64,000 nucleotides of DNA from Candidatus Latescibacterota bacterium (GTDB lineage Bacteria > Krumholzibacteriota > Krumholzibacteriia > WVZY01 > JAKEHA01). The notes below the pieces were generated by a model. It made no database searches. It was not told the origin of the DNA and was given only the letters and a program-made list of their open reading frames with translations. This document shows, piece by piece, positions 40,180 through 47,799 of this stretch. The stretch is taken from NCBI GenBank assembly GCA_963707635.1, contig OY970173.1:1024001-1088000 (forward strand). The letters are read 5' to 3'. The position numbers and the translations under genes were made by a program. Numbering within the stretch: the first letter of the stretch is position 1; each line of letters begins with the position of its first letter.

Positions 40180-41778
40180 ATGGTGGTTTTTGCGCGGTCG
40201 ATTCTTGTCATTTCGGCGTGGGTGATCTGTGGACTGTGGCAGACCGGCGCCAATGCCCAATGCCTCCTGGCGAATCCGAGTTTTGAACTCGCCGGGACCG
40301 GCGGCGCCGTATTTTCCGGCTGGAACCAGTTTGGACCGTGTGGCTCCACCGCGGATGCAACGCACGGTTCAGTGGCCGCCCGGGTCTCGGGGCCGAACCT
40401 GGGTGGCTGGGACGTGGCCGGCTACTGGCAGTCGTTCGACACGGCGCCAGGTGAACGCTGGTTGGCCACGGTCCGCGCCTGGCATTCATCCCCGAATCCG
40501 CTGACCGGCCAGTCCCGGGCGATCGTCAACATCGAGTGGCGCAATTCGGGTGGAGGCCTGATCTCCTACGAGTCGTACACACTCGCCGACGCGACGGTCC
40601 CTCTCGACGAGATACAAGGTTTCTCCGTGCAGAGCGGCGCGGCTCCCGCTGGAAGCGCGACGGTCCGCCTGCTGCTCGCCGTCCTCCAGGGCCCGGGCGA
40701 CCCGGTGCCCGATGTGTTCTACGACGAGGCCACATTCGACAACGTCGGTCCTCCCGCGCTCGATGCGCTGCAGTGGAACGACTTCCCGGCCGGCCGCACC
40801 GTGAGTTTCAGCAGCCGCACGTGGCGCGTGAAGGGTGATGGCTACTACGGCCCGGGGCCGAACCTGTTCGACAGCGGTGCCAACGCCGTGTGGGTGGACG
40901 CCAACGGGCGCCTGCACATGACCATCCGCAAGGTTGGCAACTCGTGGTACAGCACCGAGGTCGCGCTTCAGGACGCGCTCGGTTACGGCGACTACATCTT
41001 CACGACCGTGGGACGCCTGGACGCGCTGGACCCGAAAGTGGTGCTGGGCCTGTTCCTCTGGCAATACGGACGCTGCTGGGACACCGCGTACCTATGGTGG
41101 AACCCGTACAACGAGGTCGACGTCGAGTTCAGCCGGTGGGGAAACCCCGCCAACGACGTCGCGCAGTTTGTCGCCCAACCGTACGACTATCCCGGCAACA
41201 TCCAGCGTTTTGCGGCGGCCTTCAGCAACGGGGAAGTCACCAGCCACGCGTTTCGCTGGCTGGCCGACCGCGTCGAGTATCGCAGCTGGCGCGGCGGTCC
41301 GGGCGACGAGGCGACCTCGGTGCAGATCCACGCGTGGACCTACACGGGGCCGCACATCCCGCGGCCGGAGCAGCCGCGCGCCCACATCAACCTGTGGCAG
41401 GGGGCGGGTGCGCCGTCCACCAACCAGGAAGTGGTGTTGGGCGCGTTCACATTCATCCCCGATTCACCGGTCGGTGTGGACGACGGGTTGCCTCCGCGCG
41501 GCGCGGCGTCGCTGTCCAACGCGCGGCCGAATCCATTCAATCCCTCCACGGCGATCGGCTACACGATCGCGCGTGAAGGGCATTCGGAGATCGTCGTTTA
41601 CGACGTCTCCGGCCGGCGCGTGCGCGTGCTCGTCAGTGGCGTGGTGCCGGCCGGTTACCACGAGGTGCACTGGAACGGCCGTGACGACGCCGGCCGCCGT
41701 GTCGCCTCGGGCGTGTATCTCTACCAGCTTCGCGCGGGAGACGCGGTGGAGACGAAGAAGATGGTGCTCTTGAAGTGA
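40180..41778 (+). CDS. Secreted CBM-like domain, GH16-like/ConA catalytic domain, FlgD-Ig/T9SS-like CTD
   Basis: LLANPSFE N-terminal domain; NEVDVEFSRWG (ExDxE); PNPFNP...WNGRDDAGRRVASGVY...KKMVLLK. Confidence 0.85.
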   Translation: MVVFARSILVISAWVICGLWQTGANAQCLLANPSFELAGTGGAVFSGWNQFGPCGSTADATHGSVAARVSGPNLGGWDVAGYWQSFDTAPGERWLATVRAWHSSPNPLTGQSRAIVNIEWRNSGGGLISYESYTLADATVPLDEIQGFSVQSGAAPAGSATVRLLLAVLQGPGDPVPDVFYDEATFDNVGPPALDALQWNDFPAGRTVSFSSRTWRVKGDGYYGPGPNLFDSGANAVWVDANGRLHMTIRKVGNSWYSTEVALQDALGYGDYIFTTVGRLDALDPKVVLGLFLWQYGRCWDTAYLWWNPYNEVDVEFSRWGNPANDVAQFVAQPYDYPGNIQRFAAAFSNGEVTSHAFRWLADRVEYRSWRGGPGDEATSVQIHAWTYTGPHIPRPEQPRAHINLWQGAGAPSTNQEVVLGAFTFIPDSPVGVDDGLPPRGAASLSNARPNPFNPSTAIGYTIAREGHSEIVVYDVSGRRVRVLVSGVVPAGYHEVHWNGRDDAGRRVASGVYLYQLRAGDAVETKKMVLLK

Positions 41779-41787
41779 GTGTCGTGC

Positions 41788-41825
41788 GCCTTCTGCAGCG
41801 GCGTTCCCGGCGGCTGCGAAAGGCG
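41788..41825 (+). terminator. Stem-loop after the 40180 gene (terminator or processing site)
   Basis: CGCCTTCTGCAGC...GCTGCGAAAGGCG imperfect inverted repeat; no U-tract. Confidence 0.35.
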
Positions 41826-41922
41826 GGCAGGGAGTGATGCAACGTCGGGATGATCGGGGCGTCGAGGCTCCAGGGCCCGTTCGCTCCGGATAACAACTCG
41901 AACCTCCAAAGGAGGAAGCACA

Positions 41923-42558
41923 ATGCAACTGCGCAAACAATCACTGATGGTCGCCCTGTTGGGGGCGTTCCTCATGGCCGTGGGCTCAGCCGCCCTCGCC
42001 CAGAACCAGCTGGCCAACCCCGGTTTCGAATCGGGCCTGGCGGGCTGGACATCGTTCGGCAACGCGTTCGCGGAAGGCGCGAATCCGCCCCAGTTCGTTC
42101 CCCGCACCGGCACCGGCCTGGTGTCGATGTTCGGCAACTTCTGGGGCAGCTTCAACGTGTCGGGCATCTTCCAGGAATTCGCCGCCAGCTCCGGCGAGAC
42201 GTACGACATGTCGTCGAGCGCGCGTCACTGGGCCGGCGATGCGATGGTGGGCGTCGGCGCGCCAGACGACAACTGGGTAGTGCAGAAGATCGCGTTCTTC
42301 GATGCGGGCCACAATGAAATCGGTGGCATCGATGCGACGATCCTCAACGGCACGTACGCGACGGACGCGTGGCACGACGCACCGATGATCAGCGGTGTCG
42401 CCCCGGCCGGAACGGCGTGGGTCCAGGCGCTGGTCCTGTACCTGCAGCCGATGTTTGCCGGCGGCGCCGGGCACATCGACGACGTGTACTTCGCACGCCG
42501 GGTCCCCTTGCCGACCGAGCCGTCGACCTGGGGCAAGGTGAAGGCGCTGTACCGGTAG
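41923..42558 (+). CDS. Secreted CBM4/9-like domain protein with C-terminal STWGKVKALYR motif
   Basis: AAGGAGG RBS; signal ending ALA-Q; NQLANPGFESGLAGW...IDDVYF; tail PLPTEPSTWGKVKALYR*. Confidence 0.88.
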   Translation: MQLRKQSLMVALLGAFLMAVGSAALAQNQLANPGFESGLAGWTSFGNAFAEGANPPQFVPRTGTGLVSMFGNFWGSFNVSGIFQEFAASSGETYDMSSSARHWAGDAMVGVGAPDDNWVVQKIAFFDAGHNEIGGIDATILNGTYATDAWHDAPMISGVAPAGTAWVQALVLYLQPMFAGGAGHIDDVYFARRVPLPTEPSTWGKVKALYR

Positions 42559-42721
42559 CCGCAGCCGGCGGACCACCGGGCGTCGGAGTCATGCGAGCAG
42601 AGGCGCGGGCCCTCCGCGCGCGAATGTGCGGGGGCGGTCCGCGCCTCCCTGACGGCGTCCCTACATCGCCGGGTTCAATTGTGGGCGGCCCGCGGCGCGG
42701 TGTCCGCCCGGGAGGAAGATC

Positions 42722-44143
42722 ATGAAGCACATAGAAGCGAAAATATGGGCGGCGCTGGCGTGCGCGGTGGTGCTGGCAGCCGGCTCACCGGCGTCCGCGG
42801 CGGTCAACCTGCTCGCCAACCCCGGCTTCGAAGATGCGGGCGGGTCGTACAACAGCTGGTTCACGTTTGGAACCAACGTGACGCTGTCTCTGCCGACGAA
42901 CGACAACATCATCCGGACCGGCAACGCCGCCTCGAAGATCTACGGCGGGTTCCCGAGCTGCCCGGCGCCGGTGTTCAACGTGAGCGGCTGCGGCCAGGCG
43001 TTCACGCCGACGGCGGGTGTCGAGTACGAATTCAGCGGCTACTCGTTCGTATCGAGCCTCGACACGATCCCGGGTTCGAGCACGTGCGACAAGAACCGGA
43101 TGATCGCCAAGATCGTTTTCTTTGATGCGGCGGTTGGCGGCAACGAGATTGCGTCCAACGAGGTGATCCTCGGCAACTACGCCACGCCAGCCGACCAGTG
43201 GATCCCATTCAGCATTTCGGCCCCCGCGCCGGCCGCGGCCCAGCGCGTGGAGGCTCTGCTCCTCTACCTGCAGCCGGCCTGCGACGGCGGCGCCGTCTAC
43301 ACGGACGATTTGTCCTTTTCGGAACTCCCGCCCGGGCCGGCGGGGACGAACCAGCTCGCCAATCCAAGCTTCACCGGCAATCTGACCGGCTGGACTACGT
43401 TTGGAAACGTGTACTACGACGGCCGCTCGTGGGCCCGCCGTACGCCGTCGGGGGCGGCGAAGATGTTCTCGACGTTCGACCCCGTCAACAACACCTCTGG
43501 CATGTACCAGTCGTTCGCGGCGTCACCGGGCAGCAACTGGCAGCTCGACGTCCACGTCATGATGACCTGCGTGGAAACCCCGATCCAGGGCGCCAACCAG
43601 AATCATGTCGTGGCGCGGATCGTGTTCCTCGATGCCGGGCTCAACGAGATCGGATTTGCCGATGCGGTGATCCTGGACGGCAGCGCGCCGCTGGGCACCT
43701 GGACGAAGCACACGGTCATCGCCAACAACGCGCCGGCGGGCACGACGGGTGCGCGCGCCTACATCCTGTTCGTCTCACCGCTGCAGGAAGGCGGGTCGGC
43801 GTGGATCGACGACGTGTACTTCGGCGGGCTGGTGCCGACGGGAGTCGGAGATACGCCCGCCCCGCTCGCGCTCCATCTGCAGCCGAACGTGCCCAATCCG
43901 TTTGGCCAGAGCACGCGCATCGACTTCGATCTCACGCAAACGGATGACGTGAACATCGGCGTCTACGATGTCACCGGACGCCGGGTCGCCAGCCTGGTCA
44001 GGGGGCGGCTCGGTTCGGGACCGCATTCCGTGACGTGGGACGGGCGGTCCGAAAACGGTGGGCGGGCGCCGAGCGGCGTCTACTGGTGCGTCTTGAAAAC
44101 GTCCGCGGGGCAAGCATCCCGGAGAATGCTCCTCCTGAAGTGA
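42722..44143 (+). CDS. Secreted protein with two CBM4/9-like domains and FlgD-Ig/T9SS-like CTD
   Basis: GGAGG RBS; NLLANPGFE...TDDLSF and NQLANPSF...IDDVYF repeats; NVPNPF...WDGRSENGGRAPSGVY...RRMLLLK. Confidence 0.88.
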   Translation: MKHIEAKIWAALACAVVLAAGSPASAAVNLLANPGFEDAGGSYNSWFTFGTNVTLSLPTNDNIIRTGNAASKIYGGFPSCPAPVFNVSGCGQAFTPTAGVEYEFSGYSFVSSLDTIPGSSTCDKNRMIAKIVFFDAAVGGNEIASNEVILGNYATPADQWIPFSISAPAPAAAQRVEALLLYLQPACDGGAVYTDDLSFSELPPGPAGTNQLANPSFTGNLTGWTTFGNVYYDGRSWARRTPSGAAKMFSTFDPVNNTSGMYQSFAASPGSNWQLDVHVMMTCVETPIQGANQNHVVARIVFLDAGLNEIGFADAVILDGSAPLGTWTKHTVIANNAPAGTTGARAYILFVSPLQEGGSAWIDDVYFGGLVPTGVGDTPAPLALHLQPNVPNPFGQSTRIDFDLTQTDDVNIGVYDVTGRRVASLVRGRLGSGPHSVTWDGRSENGGRAPSGVYWCVLKTSAGQASRRMLLLK

Positions 44144-44170
44144 TCAGGGCTGGCCGAATGGCGGCAGGCC

Positions 44171-44458
44171 ATGCTGAAGCGCGTGACTCATGACTTCCGC
44201 CTGGCCTGGGCATCTCGTCGCTGGCGTCGGGCCCTGGTGGTCGCGGTGCTATCCGACCTGCTCGGCTTCGGCGTAGCACTGTGGCCGCCCGCGCAGTGGT
44301 TGTTGGATGCCGCCACGGCCGCCGTGCTGTTGGCGGTGCTCGGCTTCCGGTGGCCGCTCCTGTCCGCTCTGGCCATCGAAGCGGTGCCGGGCCTCGCTGT
44401 GTTTCCGGCCTGGACTCTGGTCGTGGCCGCGCTGGCGGCATCGGACTCTCGGCAATGA
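44171..44458 (+). CDS. Small hypothetical membrane protein
   Basis: 95 aa, very hydrophobic; fills the gap between co-oriented genes. Confidence 0.65.
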   Translation: MLKRVTHDFRLAWASRRWRRALVVAVLSDLLGFGVALWPPAQWLLDAATAAVLLAVLGFRWPLLSALAIEAVPGLAVFPAWTLVVAALAASDSRQ

Positions 44459-44480
44459 TACTAATGGTGAGGAGAAAGCG

Positions 44481-45920
44481 ATGAAGGCCGCCAGGAAACG
44501 TTCAGTGACTTCCACAAGAAGACGAAGTCGAGCACGTAGTCAGACGGCGGCCGGCCCCGTCCAGCCCCGCTCGCGGGCGGAGCAATATGCCGCGGGGAAA
44601 TTGCTCCGAACGGCCTGTCCTCGAAAGGCACACGCCGTCTGGAAAGCTCCATCCGGGCGACGGGACCCGGTCGAGTTGGTATTGGCTGCAGAGAAGGGGC
44701 GCATGCGCGAACTTCTTCCGCTTCGCCACGGGCGCATGGTCCGCTCCGCGTTCACGTTCTACCGCGGGGCTGCCCTGACCATGGCGACCGACCTCGCGAC
44801 CACACCGGTCAGCGGGGTCCGAGTCCAGTGCTGCGGGGACGCCCACCTGAGCAATTTCGGCGGATTCGCCACCCCGGAGCGGCGGGTCATCTTCTCGATC
44901 AACGATCTCGATGAGACTCTCCCGGCCCCGTGGGAGTGGGACGTCAAGCGCCTTGCCGCCAGCTTCGTCGTGGCCTGTCGCGACAACGGTTTGAGCAACG
45001 CTGCGGCGAAGGACGCGGCGACGACGTGCGTGCGAACCTACCGCGAATCCATTTCCGAGTTCAGCGAGATGAAGACACTGGAACTCTGGTACTACACTCT
45101 CGATGCGGACGATGTGGTGGCGGAGATCAAGGATTCCAAGTTTCGTGAGCGGGCCCAGCGGCGCCTCCAGAAGGAGCGGGCGCGCAGCATCGCCGAGGAC
45201 ATCTTCCCGAAACTCGTGGAGCACAAAGGGGAGATGCCCATCATCAAGGATCAGCTCCCGACCATCTTCCACGCCGAGGGCCATCCCCCGGGAGAAATCC
45301 AGCAGATCGTATTGGACGCAACGGCCGCGTACCGCGGCACACTGTCGCACTCGTCACAGGCTCTCCTGGACCGCTACGAGCTCCGGGACGCCGCCATCAA
45401 GGTGGTGGGGATCGGGAGTGTCGGGACCCACTGCTGGGTACTTCTCTACATGGCCGGCGAAGGCGACCCTCTCTTCCTCCAGGTCAAGGAGGCGCGCACC
45501 TCGGTGCTGGCACCCTTTGCCGGCGCGAGCGCCCACACGAACGACGGCCAGCGCGTCGTGCACGGTTACCGGCTCATGCAGCCCGCCAGCGACATGTTCC
45601 TCGGATGGAGCGGGGGCCTCCGGCGCGATTTCTTCATCCGCCAGTTGAGGGACATCAAGGTCAGCGTTCGGGTGGAGACGTTTGGTGTCGGCGAAATGAG
45701 CCTGTACGCCACCTGGTGCGGCAGGGCGCTCGCGCTCTCCCACGCCCGGTCGGGGTGTTCGCCGATGCTCAGCGGTTACATGGGCAAGAGTGACGCCTTC
45801 GACCAGGCCATCGCGGACTTCTCGATGGCTTACGCCGCCCAGAACGAGAAGGACCACGCCGCCCTCGAACGCGCGGTGAAGCAGGGCAAGGTGAAGGCGG
45901 TCTTTGAGGAGACCACGTGA
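44481..45920 (+). CDS. DUF2252 family protein (kinase-like fold)
   Basis: GAGGAG RBS; RHGRMVRSAFTFYRGAA, CGDAHLSNFG, INDLDETLPAPWEWDVKRL, KVVGIGSVGT and LFLQVKEA. Confidence 0.92.
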   Translation: MKAARKRSVTSTRRRSRARSQTAAGPVQPRSRAEQYAAGKLLRTACPRKAHAVWKAPSGRRDPVELVLAAEKGRMRELLPLRHGRMVRSAFTFYRGAALTMATDLATTPVSGVRVQCCGDAHLSNFGGFATPERRVIFSINDLDETLPAPWEWDVKRLAASFVVACRDNGLSNAAAKDAATTCVRTYRESISEFSEMKTLELWYYTLDADDVVAEIKDSKFRERAQRRLQKERARSIAEDIFPKLVEHKGEMPIIKDQLPTIFHAEGHPPGEIQQIVLDATAAYRGTLSHSSQALLDRYELRDAAIKVVGIGSVGTHCWVLLYMAGEGDPLFLQVKEARTSVLAPFAGASAHTNDGQRVVHGYRLMQPASDMFLGWSGGLRRDFFIRQLRDIKVSVRVETFGVGEMSLYATWCGRALALSHARSGCSPMLSGYMGKSDAFDQAIADFSMAYAAQNEKDHAALERAVKQGKVKAVFEETT

Positions 45921-46026
45921 ACGAACGCCCGAGAGGAAACCGATGACCTACCCTATCGATCCGGAGCCTCGACCCACCGCGTAGACACTCTGAGCGCATG
46001 TCGGTTACGCTTGGCAGTTCAAGCCC

Positions 46027-47799
46027 ATGAACTGCATTTCTGGCACCTGGTTCCGTCGTCGCGTAGTCGTCCCGGCCTGGCCATGGGCCGCGGCGCTCGC
46101 GGTCCTCGTACCCGTGGCGACGCAGGCGGCCAGCGTCGAGTGCCGGGTGGTCGGCGTCTCCGACCCGGAGATCCTCAAGAACATCGAATCGACGCTGTCG
46201 ATCATCCGCGACCAGGATCGCGACGACCTGACGCCGGCGCGCATCGCGCAACTGCACGAGCGCGCGCCCATGGAGATTCGGCGCGCCGTCGAGCCGTTCG
46301 GGTACTACCACCCCGAGATCGAGGCGTCGCTCACCGGCGACAAGAAGGACCGATTTGACGCGCGCTACGCGATCGCGCTGGGCGAGCCCGTGCGTGTACG
46401 CAGCATCAGCGTGTCGGTGACCGGTGAGGGGAAGGACCAGTCGCCGTTTCCGCGACTCGTCGCGGAGTTTCCGCTCAAGGCCGGCGACGTTCTCGATCAG
46501 CGGTTGTACGAGCGGCGCAAGGCCACCTTCGCGAGCACCGCCGCGGACAGCGGTTACCTCGACGCGCGCTTCACCGCCAGTGTGATTCGCATCCGTCGCG
46601 AGGAAAATGTGGCCGACATCGAGATGATCCTGGACACCGGCTCCCGGTATCACTTCGGCCCGGTGACGTTCGATTCGACCTCGGTCGACGACCGCGTGAT
46701 GCGCGCCTACCTGACCTTCAAGCCGGGCGATCCGTTTCGCTACGACCGGCTCCTGGCCTTCCAGGCCAAGCTGGGCGGCGCGCCATACTTCAGCCGCGTG
46801 GAGGCGGTCGCGCAGCGGGATTCCGCCGCGGGCCACGAAGTGCCCATTCATGTGAAGCTTTCTGATCGGCGATCGCAACGCTACGAAGTCGGCGTCGGGT
46901 ACGGCACCGACACGGGCCCGCGCATCCTGCTCGGCGCGGAGTTCCGCCGGCTCAACCGCTCGGGACACCGCTACAGCGGGCGCATGAACCTCTCCCAGGT
47001 CGAGCTTTCGCTGAGCGCGGAGTACGTCATCCCATCGCTCTATCCCCACGCGCACACCTACACGATCGGGGCCCTGGTCGCCCGCATCGACCCCGACGCG
47101 TATACGACCGACCGCCTGGCCGTCGGGCCGACGCGGTCGCAACCCCGGTTCGGGTGGCTCGAATCGATCACGTTGAGCTACGAGCACGAGGACTACACGG
47201 TGGGATCCGACGACGGCATTACCAATCTCGTCATCGGCGGCCTGACGTACCGGCTGAAGCGCGCGGACGACGACATCGCACCGACGCGCGGACACCGATT
47301 CGACCTGGGTCTCCGCGGCGCCGACGAGGCGCTCCTGTCCTCGCAGAGTTTCCTTTCCTTCACGGCGTCGGCGAAGGCGGTACGCACGCTCACAAGGCGG
47401 GTCCGGCTGGTCGCGCGCGCCGACGGTGGGGTGACGACGACCCCGACCTTCCACGAGCTGCCGCCCACGATTCGCTTCTTTGCCGGCGGCGACAACAGCG
47501 TGCGTGGCTACGACTACGAGACGCTGGGGCCTCTGGACGACGGCGGCCACGTCATCGGTGGTCACCTCCTGCTCACGACGTCCGCCGAAATCCAGTTCGC
47601 GCTCAAAGGCAAGTTCGGGATCGCCGGCTTCTACGACGCGGGCAACGCCTTCGCGCATACGGGAGAAGGCATCATGGAACAGGGGGTGGGCGGAGGGTTG
47701 CGGTGGCAGTCTCCGGTGGGGCCGATTCGCCTCGACCTCGCCTTCGCGTTGCGACACGACAGCTGGAGGGTTCACTTCACAATGGGGCCCGATCTATGA
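46027..47799 (+). CDS. tamA: Autotransporter assembly factor TamA (Omp85 family)
   Basis: POTRA-like N-terminus (EPFGYY), GVGYGTDTG, RFFAGGDNSVRGY and SPVGPIRLD; ends HFTMGPDL. Confidence 0.92.
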   Translation: MNCISGTWFRRRVVVPAWPWAAALAVLVPVATQAASVECRVVGVSDPEILKNIESTLSIIRDQDRDDLTPARIAQLHERAPMEIRRAVEPFGYYHPEIEASLTGDKKDRFDARYAIALGEPVRVRSISVSVTGEGKDQSPFPRLVAEFPLKAGDVLDQRLYERRKATFASTAADSGYLDARFTASVIRIRREENVADIEMILDTGSRYHFGPVTFDSTSVDDRVMRAYLTFKPGDPFRYDRLLAFQAKLGGAPYFSRVEAVAQRDSAAGHEVPIHVKLSDRRSQRYEVGVGYGTDTGPRILLGAEFRRLNRSGHRYSGRMNLSQVELSLSAEYVIPSLYPHAHTYTIGALVARIDPDAYTTDRLAVGPTRSQPRFGWLESITLSYEHEDYTVGSDDGITNLVIGGLTYRLKRADDDIAPTRGHRFDLGLRGADEALLSSQSFLSFTASAKAVRTLTRRVRLVARADGGVTTTPTFHELPPTIRFFAGGDNSVRGYDYETLGPLDDGGHVIGGHLLLTTSAEIQFALKGKFGIAGFYDAGNAFAHTGEGIMEQGVGGGLRWQSPVGPIRLDLAFALRHDSWRVHFTMGPDL

